Positions 10,751-24,900 of a stretch of 64,000 nt of DNA are shown here, piece by piece (positions within the stretch are counted from its first letter, which is position 1; every line of letters begins with the position of its first letter). This DNA is from Antechinus flavipes (lineage: Eukaryota). Under the pieces are notes generated by a model that saw nothing but the letters and a program-made list of their open reading frames with translations, made no database searches and was not told where the DNA came from. The stretch spans positions 257,858,001 through 257,922,000 of the forward strand of contig NC_067403.1 of NCBI RefSeq assembly GCF_016432865.1, read 5' to 3'. The position numbers and the translations under genes were made by a program.

Positions 10751-12209
10751 GCCAGTCCCGAGCCCTCCTGCTTCTTCTGCCCTAGTCCTGGGCAGGCAGG
10801 TATGAGAGGGCGGGAGGGAGGGAGGCGAGAGTGTGCCTTTGTGCCCCCGGGCTCTCGGGGCTGGCCCTGGCATTTTTGGGGCATTTATCTCCATGGTAAA
10901 GAGGCTTGGTCTGTTTGTGGAGGTTGCTTGTGACTCAGTAAGTCAACAAGAGGGAAGTCTGGACTCCTTGGGACGTCACTCGGTGAATGGAGAGGGAGGG
11001 TCCTTTGGAGCCAGTTCTCCGGGAAACCCAAGGGTCAAGTCAGCAAACATTTGTTGCTATGGTGGCAATGGGGGGAGGGGGGAAGGGGGAGGGACACAAA
11101 TGGCCCCCGGAGCTCCCGGTCTGACTGAGGGATTGCAGCATAAATACCACACATGGCAACCATGGAGAATAAAAGGAACCTCAAGAGGGAGATAACGTTA
11201 TAGACGTAAACGGAAGTTTATAGATTTGCAGTTTCGCGTGAAATCATCTTTTAAAGAATCACACCAAAAGCTTGTTTTAATCCATGAATTAAAAATGCTA
11301 GACATATTTTTTTAAGAGGGAGGGAACATTCAGGGAGGAGGCTCATTGAAGGCCTAAAGGAGGTGCCAGCCCTTCAGCTGAGTCTCGAGGAAGCCAGAGA
11401 TCCTTCTAGAGCGAGGGAGGAGAGAGAGCATTTACACAGAGTCAGGGAGGCCCGAGATGGAATGTTGTTGACAGGAATCAGTTGGCAGGCGGGTCTGGGA
11501 CGGAGGCGGTGGGAGGGGAAACGGGGCTGGGAAGCCAGGGGAGAGCCGGGGGGTGAGGATCTCTGGGGGCAGACCAGGGATTCTGTCAGCCTGAAACCCA
11601 GCGGGCAGCTCTCCTAGAAATAGTTTACGTGGACCCAGCGTTCTCACCCAGGTCTCCCCGGCTGTGAGGCGGAAATGATTTCTTCCCTTTCGCAGATCGA
11701 GGCTGACCGATCCACACCCCCCCCTCCCCCTGGGAGGACGTAGTTTCAGTCCTTCATGAAAACCTTTCTGAGATGCTGGAGTTTTCTTTCCCGCCTTCCC
11801 CAAGAAGGGTCAGCGACCCTTGCGGCGGCACCCTGGGCCCTCGTTCCCAGCCACGCTGCTTTTAAAATCAGCCGCCCAAATTCCGGCCAGACGGCCTGGA
11901 TCTGAGTCCTAGATCATCCGTTGCCGAACCAGAGCCATCCCTGGCTTTGGCCGGCTCCTCTGTAAAAGGAGGAGGTCGGGCTCGGGTCTGCAGCCCCGCC
12001 CGGTTCTAGGCCTGAGGTCGTGCAGCCTGATTCTGAGGCTCCCCCTAAAGGGATCAGAGGCTTTCGGCTCCCCGAAGAGCTGGTACTGAGCATTTGGGGG
12101 AATCCACATTTAATGAACGGGGCACATGTTCCTGTCTCTATTGGGCCTGGGACTGCAGGGCACGGAGAGCTCCAGCCCCAGGCCAATTCCTCCTTCTTCC
12201 AGAATCGGG

Positions 12210-15200
12210 ATGAATCCCTTCGCAGACACCGTGCAGAGCCTCCGGGAGGCCTTCCACTCCGGGAAAAGCCGCCCAGCGGAGTTCCGAGCTGCCCAGCTCG
12301 AAGGGCTGAACCGCTTTCTAAAGGAGAACCGAGATTCCCTCCTGGCTGCCCTGGCCCAGGATCTACGCAAGGTAAGGCCCGAAAGGCTTCTCTGGAGACC
12401 AGTCGGGGCATCTCAGCCCCCAGGCATGGAGAGGCTCTTCTAAGTGTCTTATCCAGTCTCGCTCCCAAGCACGAGCCCCTCTGTCAGCCTCCCCGCTGCT
12501 CTGCTTGAACACTCCTGAGGTTGGGCAGCTCGTCACCTCACAAGTCAGTCCTTGCCCTCGTTAAAAACTCCTCCCCTTCAATCAGGGTAGCTCTGGCCCG
12601 TGGCACTTTCCACCCCCTTCACGTGGCCAAGGACATCACGCGTCCTTCTGGCGTCCGTGTCACATGCACGTGAGGGGTCGGCCACCAAAGCTCCCAAGAC
12701 ATTTGCACAGGGACAGTTTTCTAGCCCTACTTCGCCATTGAGTCCTTGAACCCACATTCGGGATCTTCGATTCACTCTTGTTCACTCGAACTCATCATCC
12801 TAACCTTTAGTGTCTTTGGGGATCTGAAGTCTGCCGTCTGTGTTAGCCGACTTATGGCCTCCATATGTTGGGGCGGCGTGCTAGTTGGACTTTCCTCTAA
12901 GTCACTGATGAAAATCTGAAATGAGGNNNNNNNNNNNNNNNNNNNNNNNNNNNNNNNNNNNNNNNNNNNNNNNNNNNNNNNNNNNNNNNNNNNNNNNNNN
13001 NNNNNNNNNNNNNNNNNNNNNNNNNNNNNNNNNNNNNNNNNNNNNNNNNNNNNNNNNNNNNNNNNNNNNNNNNNNNNNNNNNNNNNNNNNNNNNNNNNNN
13101 NNNNNNNNNNNNNNNNNNNNNNNNNNNNNNNGAAGGGTGGGAAGGAAGCAAGGAAGGAAGGAGGAAGGGAAAGAAGGAAGGAAGAAAGGAAGAAAAGGAA
13201 GGAAGGAATGAGGGAAAGAAGGGAGGGAAGGAGGAAGCAACAGGTCAGATCATAAGGTAGAGTCCTGTGGCCCAATACTGAAGACTTCATTCCAGACTGG
13301 CATGCATCCATCACTCAACACAATTCTTCAGCTATAAATTACCCCCCCTCCCCCACTACCACCCCATCCATATTTCTCGGTCTAGTCCACAAATATCCTT
13401 TGCCTCAGTGAAATCCCGAGCTTCTGTGTCTAAGAACTTCCCTGACCTAGCAGTGTGATAACCCTATAAAGTTAAAATAAGTGACTCGTTGGGCAGAGCA
13501 TGTTTGTAACGATGCTCTGTGGGTAACTGTGGGCACTTGGTGTGGAGCCCTGAGCTCGGGTTATGATTTCAAAACCGCCTGTTTCATAATCGAGCTCATC
13601 GTTGGCCAGGGCTCCAGATCCCCGGCCTGCTAGGAGGCCTGCCGATCCCCCCATCTCTGTCTGGGTCCCTTTCTCTCCCTCTCTTTCTCCCTCCCCCATC
13701 TGTCTCTGTTTGTTCCTCTCTCTATCTCTAGCTCTCTCTTTCTCTCTTTTCCTGCCCCATCTCTCTTTCTCTCCCTCTCCCTCTCTCTGGTTTGGAGTCT
13801 CCAGGGACTTGGCTGTAAGACTCGAGAAGGTCACCTAGCTCCTCAGATCTGGCAAACATGGTGGAGGTGAGGGAAGGGCCTCGTAAGCCTTGAAGTGGGC
13901 TATAAATGTGAGTTATTTTTGTTGGTTGGTGAGTTATTTTTTTTTATTATAGTCTTTTATTTACAAGATATGTGCATGGGTAATTTTTCAGCATCGATAA
14001 TTGCCAAACCTTTTGTTCCGACTTTTCCCCTCCTTCCCCCCATCCCCTCCCCCAGATGGCAGGTGGACCGATACATGTTAAATATGTTAAAGTATAAGTG
14101 TATACATGTCCTAACAGTTATTTTGCTGCACAAGAAAAATCGGATTCAGAAATAGTGTCCAATTAACCTGTGAAGGGAATCCGAAATGCAGGCGGACAAA
14201 AATAGAGGGACTGGGAATTCTATGTAGTGGTTCCTAGTCATCTCCCAGAGTTCTTTCCCTCGGTATAGCCGGTTCAGTTCATTCCTGCTCCATTGGAACT
14301 GATTTGGTTCATCTCATTGCTGAGGGGCCACGTCCATCAGAATTGATCATGGTATTGTCTTGTTGTTGAGGTATATAATGATCTCCTGGTCCTGCTCATT
14401 TCCCTCAGCATCAGTTCCTGTCAGTCTCTCCTGGCCTCTCTGAAATCCTCCTGCTGGTCATTTCTTACAGAACAATAATATTCCATGACACTCATAGGCC
14501 ACAATTTACAGACTCTCCCCTTTGCTTTTCCGTTTTTTATCCCGGATAGATTCCTTCCACCAAGCCTCCGCAGTGAGCCCGGCCTCTCTCCAACTCTTTG
14601 TTCAGTCTGGTCTTTCACCCTCCCCCCCCCCCCAGCTATGTGTGTCTGAAAACGAGTCCCTCTCTCCCAGCTCTCGGGACTCGGGGTCATTCTCGTCCTT
14701 TCTCATCTCCTCCAGGAGTTCGCCCCGTCTGTCATTCACTCACCTGCTCTCATCTCCCGTGGCGCCCACAAATGTGCCCAAGACCCCCCACTCTCCCCCC
14801 TCCCATCATCACCTCTTTCAGGGCTAAGTGTTGTCAACCATCACTGCCTCAACTTCCTCACCCCTGACCCACTTGGAATAAATCCTCGTGCCGATTAGGC
14901 TCTTAAGGACCTTTTCCTTCCCTCTCTCCCTTCCTTCCTTCCTTCCTTCCTTTCCTCCTTCCATCCTTCTTCTCTCCTTCCTTCCATTCTTGCAAAAGTG
15001 GGAGACTGGAGGTATCTAACGTCATACATTTCTTTGCTGTGTTGGTTAGTTTTGCTGGATTTCTCTCATTTAGCCCCAGCCCCAAAGTCAGGACGACCTG
15101 AGTTCAAATCTGACCTCAGACACTTAACACTTTCCCGCTGGGTGACCCTGGGCCAATTGCCTCAGGAAAAAAAAAAAAAAAAGATGTTTCTCCTTTAATT

Positions 15201-18200
15201 TTACTCCTTGCTATAAAGGACAGTTCTCTGGGAGGGAGGTAGATGACATAAAACCAACAGATATCGATAAACATCTATTTTAAATAAATTAGCCGCCCCA
15301 CACACTACTCGGTCCTGGAGAGGACGGAGCCCAGGCCTCTAAGCCAGGCTGGGGGGGCCTGTGTTGGGACACGTGGGGAGGGGCCTGGGGCCTGACCCAC
15401 GGACCCCCTTTTCCTGCAGCCTCCCTTTGAGTCGGAGATCTCCGAGATCAGCATCTGCCAGAGTGAGATCAACCTGGCTTTGAACAGCCTGCACAGCTGG
15501 ATGAAGGACGAACATGTGTCTAAAAACCTGGTGAGGCCGGGTGGGAGGCAGGAGAGAGGGAGGCTGGGGCCCCGGTGGGAAGCCAGAGGGAGGCCGGGGC
15601 CGGAGGGAGGCTCCCCTGCAGGTGCTCCCCTCCCAGGGCTCCTCTTCCCTCTGGTTCCCGAGCTCTTTGAGGGCCCCAGGCCGAGACCCGGCTCAGGGCC
15701 CAAGGGCGTCTCTGTGGCCAGGCCACCCAGCTGGACTCGGCCTTCATCCGGAAGGAGCCCTACGGCGTGGTCCTCATCATCGCCCCCTGGAACTACCCTC
15801 TGAACCTCATGCTGGTGCCTCTGGTGGGGGCCATCGCAGCAGGTGAGGATTGAGGGCCCGGACCCCCGGGGGCACTGCCCCCCCCCCAGAACCTCCCCTG
15901 CCGTTCCCGGGCCGAGCTGCAGGGAGAGAGATGGGGGTCCGAGGAGAGCAGCCAGCGTGAGTGAGGGGCCCAGAATTCTTGTCCAAGAGCGCCCGACACC
16001 CTGGGGACCTTGCGCAAGATTCCTCCATTTTCCTGCCTCTGCAGACTGGGGTTGAGCGCGGGTCCTCTTAAGGTCTCTAAGAGCTCTAAAGCCCCTTCAT
16101 GGGGAGCGGGAGGCAGCGCAGGAGGAGGGCGGGGGGGGGGGGGGGAGTGTTAGCTCAGGAATCTTGGGATTCGATCCGAAGAGCTTTATGGGAAAGCAAA
16201 CCCTGGGTGTGACATCACTATTATTCCTGACCCCCCCCCCCAGGCCCAGGAATGGTGGTCAGTGAGCCGCCCCCGCCTGACCACATCATCTGCAGCTGTG
16301 AACGTCCCCTCCCTGCAGCTCCCTTCTGGGTTCTCAGGCTCAGTTCTGATGCTCTGGCTTCTAAAGTTCTAGGACACTAAGGTTCTAAGGTTCTAAGACA
16401 CTAAGGTTTTAAGGTTCTAAAGGTTCTAGGGCACTAAAGTTCCCCCTAGGCCTCAGAAAGCGGACCAGATCTGCCCGAGTCCATCCCCCTTTCCTCCCCT
16501 CCCTTCCTCCCAGACCTGTCCTTGCCAGCCCCATGCTGGAGACCGGGCCGGGGGTGGGGGTGGGGGGGAAGGGCTGGTCCAGCCTCGGGGACTAGGCTGC
16601 CATCCCATCTCCCCAACCCAGGCCGAGGGGGCTCCCCGGCTGAACCTGCCTCCCCCACCCCTCCCCTCAGGTAACTGTGTGGTGTTAAAGCCCTCCGAGT
16701 TGAGCAGCGGTGTGGAGAAGGTCATAGGGGAGGTGCTGCCCCGCTACCTGGACAAGGTGAGGGCTTAGCCTAGAGCTGCCCAAGATGCCCCCCCCCCCCG
16801 ACTGTGACGGCCCCTCTGGCCTCGGGGCCCTCCTGGGGAAAGCGGGGCTGAGGCTTTGGGGGAGGGGCCCCAAGCTTCTCCCTATGGACCCGAGAAGTCA
16901 AGAGCGTAGCAGCAGCTCGAAGCTGGGCGGGGGTGACGGGCGGGCGCTTTAGCCAGGGGTCCAGGTGATGGAGGGAAGGAGGGCGTTCCGGGCCGGGCAG
17001 GGGGTCTGGGCTGCCCCAAGGAACCAGCTCCTCCCTGTGTCACAGAACTGCTTTGCTGTGGTGCTGGGGGGCCCCCAGGAGACCAGCGCCCTCCTGGAGA
17101 ACAGATTCGACTACATCTTCTTCACAGGTGGGTCCGGGAGGGTCCAGGGGGCGACCAGGCCCGCCCCGAAGGGTCACCAGGAGGGCCGGCCCGAGGAAGC
17201 GGCTGGGGCCGTCTCGGGCCCTCTGCAGAGCTCAGGCCCGGGGCCTTTGAGAACCCGGCTCCTTGGTCTGCAGGAGGTGCTTAGGCGCTCTACCCTTCTT
17301 CCACCTCCCCAGGGAACACCACCGTGGGCCGGATCGTCATGGCCGCAGCCTCCCAGCACCTGACCCCCATCACCCTGGAGCTGGGGGGCAAGAACCCCTG
17401 CTACGTGGACGACAACTGCGACCTCCAGAATGTGGCCAACCGCGTGGCCTGGTTCCGCTTCTTCAATGCGGGCCAGACGTGCGTGGCCCCGGACTACGTG
17501 CTGTGCAGCCCGGAGACGCGGGAGAAGCTGCTGCCCGCCCTGCAGCGCGCCGTGACCCAGTTCTACGGGAAGGACCCCCAGAGCTCCCCGGACCTGGCCC
17601 GCATCATCAGCCCCAAGCACTTCCTCAGGCTCCGGGGCCTGCTGGGCAGCGGCCGCGTGGCCCTCGGCGGCCAGTCGGACGAGCAGGAACGCTACATCGG
17701 TGAGTGCTCCCCTCCCCCTCCCGTGGGGTCCCGGGGCTGTCAGGCTGAGGGAAGAGCCTCTGGGTGACCAGGACCCGGGACCCCCCCTCCCCTGGGGTCT
17801 CCGTGACCGGCAGCACAACCTCTCCATAATCCCCACCCCCCACCCCCCATTCCTGTGGGTCCCCGGCCTGAAGTCTCCTCTGTGGTCCGAGGCAGCCCCC
17901 ACGGTGCTGGTGGATGTGAAGGAGACGGACCCCGTGATGCAGGAAGAGATCTTTGGGCCCATTTTGCCCATCCTGACCGTGGGCGGGGTCGAGGAGGCCA
18001 TCGCCTTCATCAGGAAGAGGGAGAAGCCCCTGGCTCTGTACGCCTTCTCCAATGACTCAAAGGTAAGGGAAGTGCCAGGAGGAAATGGGTCCGAGGGGCA
18101 GGAATCAAGGGGACCCTGACTGCGGCCTACAGCCTCACCTCCCGGCCCCTCCCTGCGTAGCTCCCCACCTCTGCCCCAGCTGCCATTCTCCTCAGGCAGC

Positions 18201-21112
18201 TAAGTCACCCTCACGTGCTGAGCAAATTTCATGCCTTGCTGAGGTTCCGAGTCAAGAGGGGCCGGACTTCTGGTCGGCCCGTTCCCTGAGTGAGGCGTCC
18301 GGACGGGTGGCCATCCTTCCACAAGGGGTATCCCGGAGTCGGACTGCCAGCCCGCTTCTAGGGTGTCTCGATGCAGGGAGGATTGGGGGGGCTTCAGCGC
18401 CAGCCTGGCCCTGGCCATCAGCAGGTTTCCTCCCCTCTCCTGCCTGGGCTCCACGAGCGAAGGACAAAACTACTCGGGCTGAGCTGTCCTGCAGAGGTGG
18501 GGTTCGCTTTGTCCAGCACAGCCCCAGAGGGCCGGGAAATGGGAAGCACAAAGAGGAAGACGGCTGGATCTCGGAAAGAGTCCTAACACGGAGAGGAAGA
18601 CGGCTGGATATTGGGAAAGAGACCTAACACTGAGAGGAAGACAGCTGGATCTCGAAAAAGAGACCTAACACTGAGAGGAAGACGGCTGGATCTCGGGAAA
18701 GAGACCTAACGCTGAGAGGAAGACGACTGGATCTCGGGAAAGAGACCTAACACTGAGAGGAAGACGGCTGGATATCAGGAAAGAGTCCTAACACAGAGAG
18801 GAAGATGGCTGGATCTCGGGAAAGAGACCTAACACTGAGAGGAAGACGGCTGGATATCAGGAAAGAGTCTAACACAGAGAGGAAGACGGCTGGATCTCGG
18901 GAAAGAGACCTAACACTGAGAGGAAGACGGCTGGATATCAGGAAAGAGTCCTAACACAGAGAGGAAGATGGCTGGATCTCGGGAAAGAGACCTAACACGG
19001 AGAGGAAGACGGCTGGATATCAGGAAAGAGTCCTAACACTGAGAGGAAGACGGCTGGATACCGGGAAAGAATCCTAATAGAGAGAGGAAGACGGCTGGAT
19101 CTCGGGAGAGAGTCCTAACGCGGAGAGGAAGATGGCTGGATCTCGGGAAAGAGACCTAACGCGGAGAGGAAGACGGCTGGATCTCGGGAAAGAGTCCTAA
19201 CACGGAGAGGAAGACGGCTGGATCTCGGGAAAGAGACCTAACGCGGAGAGGAAGACGGCTGGATCTCGGGAAAGAGATCTAACGCGGAGAGGAAGACGGC
19301 TGGATCTCGGGAAAGAGACCTAACGCGGAGAGGAAGACGGCTGGATCTCGGGAAAGAGACCTAACGCGGAGAGGCGGCCCGAGCATCAATGGGCTGTCCA
19401 GAGAAGCGGAGACTCGGCCATCCCGAGGTCTCCAGATGGGCTGAATGACCAGCCACTCAGCAGCAGCGCTGGTGTTGCCCAGTGTCCAACTCTCCATCAG
19501 GGGTTTCTTGGCAGAGATTTGGAGTGATTGGCCACTTCCTTCTCCAGCTCATTTTACAGATGAGGAAACTGAGGCAAACCGGGTGAAGGGACTTGCCCAG
19601 AATCACCCAGCTAGTGTCTGAGGCTGGATTTGAACTTGGGTCGTCTGGACTCCGGGGCCAGCACCTTGTCCTACGTGCTCCTGGCTGCCTCGTGTTGTAG
19701 AGGGGATTCCCATCTTCTAATGTTGGGTTCTAGTCTCAGAACCCTGCTCCCGCCCCTCTCCAAATCTAATTTATCCTAACGGTAAGAGGGAGACAAGCAG
19801 GTTCTTGAGCAGGGCAGCGGCACACTGAGAACTGTGCTTCAGGAGGCTCCTTCGGCAACCAATGGAGAACTGGAAGCCGAGAGCCTTTGTGAGTCCAGGC
19901 CAGAAGGGATGGGGTTGCTGGGGACCAGCTGAGTGGAAAGAAGGGATGGCCAGAGTCGGTCCGACAGCTCGGGGAGTGCGAGGGGGAGGGGAGGAGGAGA
20001 ACGTGGGGGACTCGGAGCCAGCCCTCACCCTCCTGCGTCTGCCCCTGGCTCCTTGCCTTGGTAGTGATCTCTACATTTCTCAATGAGACCTTCTGGTCCT
20101 CTTTTGTGGATCGCCGGAGCCCGCTGCTGCTGCCCGCAGGGAGAGGCCCTTGCAGGGGTCCCGGCTCCCCTGAGCCCTCCTGGCTTTCTCCTAGGTGGTG
20201 CACCAGATGCTGGACCAGACCAGCAGTGGCGGCTTCTGTGGGAATGACGGGTTCATGCACATGACGCTGACCACGCTGCCCTTTGGAGGAGTAGGTAGGT
20301 CCAGTGCTCGGCCCCATCACCTGCCCCAGCCCCTGGGGCCCCCAGTTCTCCAGACCCCCCCTCCCCCCCATTTCCTGTCTCATTCCCCATATCTCTAAAG
20401 GGGCAGAAGTCATACTTGAACCTGTTTCCCTGATTCCAAGGTCTCCCCCACTGCCCCCAGGGCTGACCCAACTTTAATGTTTCCTGAATCGAACTGCCCT
20501 TGTGGGCCCTGGAAGACCCCAAGGTTAGAAAAGACTCAGTTCCTGCCCGTGGACTCACTATTCTGCAGGAAAAGGGACCAGACTTGTCAAATTCTAAAGC
20601 ATTTTTTTTCAAGTTTGAACTCCAAATGTTCTCCCTCCCTTCTTCGCCTCCCCCGCTCACTAATGGGGCAAGCAAAAACTATCCGTGAGAAACAGCGGGA
20701 AACTTATTTCCGCATCAGCCACGTCTCCCTCTCACACGCTAGAGAACATTCTAGTTGCGTCCACACCCGGACTTCAGAGAGGTCTCTCATTGGGGCCCTT
20801 GGAACGAACTGTCCAGCGGACTAAGGGACCTCCCGGTGTGCTGAGGGGTTTTGCTGACCCCCCCCCCCACTTCCGGAGGGCCCGGCCCCTCACCGGCCGC
20901 CGCCTTTGTGTCCCGCAGGAAACAGCGGCATGGGCAGGTACCACGGCAAGTTCAGCTTCGACACCTTCTCGCACCAGCGAGGCTGCCTGCTGCGGAGCGC
21001 GGGGCTGGAGAAGTTTAACTCCCTGCGCTATCCGCCCTACGCCCAGCGCAACCTGGGGCTGCTGCTCTCCTTGGTGGAGGTGGGCCGCAAGAGCCAGTGC
21101 ACGATCCTCTGA
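12210..21112 (+). CDS. ALDH3B1: Aldehyde dehydrogenase family 3 member B1 (469 aa)
   Basis: Coding exons 12210-12371, 15420-15530, 15722-15842, 16671-16756, 17046-17127, 17313-17699, 17896-18062, 20195-20294, 20919-21112. All GT-AG and in phase, 1410 nt. Motifs PWNYP, ELGGKNP (catalytic Glu), [11 protein letters not shown] (catalytic Cys), EEIFGP and C-terminal CaaX CTIL. Adjacent to NDUFS8 as in human. Confidence 0.93.
12927..13131. other. Assembly gap (N run)
   Basis: 205 N followed by a (GGAA)n-like microsatellite. Confidence 1.
13132..13240. repeat. (GGAA)n-like purine microsatellite
   Basis: Degenerate GGAA/GAAG array. Confidence 0.85.
13925..14515 (-). mobile_element. 5'-truncated L1 3' end (marsupial L1 family)
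   Basis: T-run followed by reverse-complement L1 3'UTR; nearly collinear with 48161-48693. Confidence 0.85.
15072..15183 (+). mobile_element. WSINE1-like SINE, 5'-eroded
   Basis: GAGTTCAAATCTGACCTCAGACACTTAACACT...GTGACCCTGGG followed by poly-A tail. Confidence 0.8.
18552..19374. repeat. 41-bp minisatellite, about 20 copies (ALDH3B1 intron between coding exons 7 and 8)
   Basis: Unit GAGAGGAAGACGGCTGGATCTCGGGAAAGAGACCTAACGCG. Confidence 0.97.
19470..19690 (-). mobile_element. MAR1-like CORE-SINE
   Basis: CATTTTACAGATGAGGAAACTGAGGC core plus RTE-like tail (TTCTTGGCAGAGAT...CCTTCTCCAGCTC) and GATTTGAAC B box. Confidence 0.8.
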
Positions 21113-21260
21113 GCCGGCTCCGCCCGGGGCTCGGTGGCCGCGGGGCTGAGACGAACTTAAGCGAAGACTGCTGGGGGCAGGGGCCTCCTCGGACTCGGGG
21201 GGCTGCCTCCTTCTGTACCTGGGCCGGGGGGCTCTGGGCTGCCCCACGCTGCGCAGTTTA

Positions 21261-21266
21261 AGTAAA
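21261..21266 (+). terminator. Probable ALDH3B1 polyA signal, variant AGTAAA
   Basis: The only PAS-like hexamer seen between the ALDH3B1 stop and the NDUFS8 promoter. Confidence 0.45.
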
Positions 21267-21949
21267 GGTCTGGTGGGAAACCCAAACTCAGCCCTCTGAT
21301 CATTGAGCCAGGCTGAGAGCCGGCGGCGCATCTCCGGGGGAGAAAGGGAGGGCGTTTGGGCTGGGGCGGGCCGGCCGAGGAGGCTGGACTGGGGGAACGT
21401 CTCCCTTCTGCTCGGAGAAGCCGGTTTGGGAGGGGGGACTTCTGGCTCAGGGTTCCCCTCAGGCCCCACGGGCAGCCTGCATCCCTGCCCAGGGCCGGCC
21501 CAATCCGGCCTTTGAGGTCCCTCTTCCCTATGTCCAAAGAGCTGCCAAGTGTAGCTTCTGACATCCAGCCTCCCCGCCCCCCCTTTCCCCCGACTCCTCT
21601 GGGAGGGGTCCCGCCCAGCCTCCTGAGCATCTCCCAGGCACTTGCTGGCCGGGTACCCCCGCCTGCCTCAGTTTCTTCCTCGGTAAAATGAGCCGGAGAA
21701 GGCCATGGCCGAGCACTCTCTGCCAAGAAAACCCCACCGGGGTCAGAGACGGACTCGACAGAAACGACCCAAACAGAAAAGGAAGCCTCACACCGAGCGC
21801 TTCGTTCCAGGGGCCAGGCAGGGCCAGGCGCCGGAGGGGGCCCAGCAAGCACGGCCCACAGGGGCCCCCGAGGGGCGGGGGCGGGCGCGGGCTCACAGCC
21901 GGCGGCCGCGCCGCGGGGAGGATCCTGGACGTGCGGGCTCTGCGAGCCT

Positions 21950-22680
21950 GGACTACTCTAACCCCGACTTGCGCAGACTCCGTCACCCCGCCACGACCCA
22001 GGCGCCGGAACTAGGTCACTCAGGAAGGTGAGCCGCCGGGCCCGCTTTATAGACCAGGAAATTAGTCACTCACGTGACCGCGCTCTCACGCCCCTCCCAC
22101 GAGACGCTAAACACCTGATACCCGGCGTTCCCCGCACGTGACGACGACGTCTTTGCTCATTGGGCCTCCTGGACAAGCATGGCGACGCCCAGCTTGACTT
22201 CCTGCGGGACCCCGAATTTGGCCAATCATTCGGGGGTTCAAAGTTATGATCCCGCCTCTTGCCTCTTAACCAATCAAAGTTTTTCATTTCCGTCCTGCGC
22301 CCCTGAAATGACAAGCCAGCGAGCCAATGGAAACTGTTAGGCGATGACGGCGGCCCCCGCCCCTAGATGACAGACCCGGCTCCGAGGCTTAGCAGCGGCG
22401 GCGGCGGCGGCGGCGGCGGCGCCGGCGCTTCTTCCAGGTGGGTTTGCAACTCATCTGGCAGAGATGAAAGGGAGAAAACAGCGCGGGCCCGGGGCTGGGC
22501 CGGGCCAGGCCAGGCCGGGCATTCTAGCACCGGCCGTACCATGCGAGAAGCCGTTCCTGCAGTCCTTCGGGATGCAAGCATGAGGGTCACCCTGGCAGTG
22601 CGCATGCGCCTTGCGCGCAGTCGGGCTCGGAGGGGCGGAGGCCCGGCCTGAGGTCAGGGGTCGCTGGGTCAAAGTGAGGT
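21950..22680 (+). promoter_or_regulatory. NDUFS8: NDUFS8 CpG-island promoter and candidate non-coding first exons
   Basis: E-boxes TCACGTGAC 22070-22078 and CACGTGAC 22135-22142; CCAAT boxes near 22223, 22270 and 22324; (GGC)8 at 22397-22420; NRF1 motif TGCGCATGCGC 22599-22609; donors at 22027, 22437 and about 22652/22673. Confidence 0.8.
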
Positions 22681-22959
22681 TCCTCAGCTCCCTCTCCTCT
22701 CTACCTTCCCGCCCCTCCCCCCGCATCTCAGCCCAGCGGACAAGGTTCGGTTCCGGGGACCTGGAAAGGGACCCGTCCAAGGTCACGAGCGGAGCCGGGC
22801 CCCCGACCCCGAATGGGGACCCCTCCCCCTCCTCGCCCGGCTCTGCGGGACACACAGGGGACGCACCGCGGGGGCGGTGGGGGGAGGGGGCGTATCCCGA
22901 GGGGCTTGCAGAGCTCAGGGAAGGGGTTTCTTGTCCGGACGGGCCCCCGAGGGAGGGAG

Positions 22960-23200
22960 GGAGGGAGGGAGGGATGAAGGAGTCCAGGAATATGAGTGAA
23001 TGAATGAACGGAACAAGCGCCGAGTGAAGGAACGATCTGAGAAGTGAACAAATTAGTAAAGAATCAGTGAATGAGCGCATGAAGAAATGAAGGGGCGAAT
23101 GAATGAGTGAAAGAACAAGTGAGTGAAGGAACAGATGAATGAGAAGGAATCAACACGCGAGTGAGTGCATGAACATGAAGAAATGGGTGAATAAGTGAAT
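22960..23200. repeat. Degenerate (GAAT)n/(GAGT)n microsatellite
   Basis: GAATGAATGAA/GTGAGTGAA array in NDUFS8 intron 1. Confidence 0.75.
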
Positions 23201-23300
23201 GGGTGAGGGTGGCCCCCCCAGGCTGGGGAACAGGGCCCACGGGGGCCCCCGAAAGCTGGGGCTCAGACCCCCGCTGACCCGCCCCGTCTCCTCTTCCCAG

Positions 23301-24900
<1,600 letters not shown>

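Noticed and set aside
11850-12010. Alternative proximal ALDH3B1 promoter (TTTAAAA at about 11861)
   Set aside because: No strong donor or clear core-promoter arrangement; the 5151 TATA/CpG island is the better candidate.
18552-19374. Regularly spaced repeats that resemble CRISPR arrays (also 10260-10750, 35239-35571)
   Set aside because: Head-to-tail units with no unique spacers, no cas genes, and a eukaryotic intronic context.
19703-19712. NF-kB-like GGGGATTCCC in an ALDH3B1 intron, and E-boxes at 12620 and 12667
   Set aside because: Isolated short motifs without supporting context.
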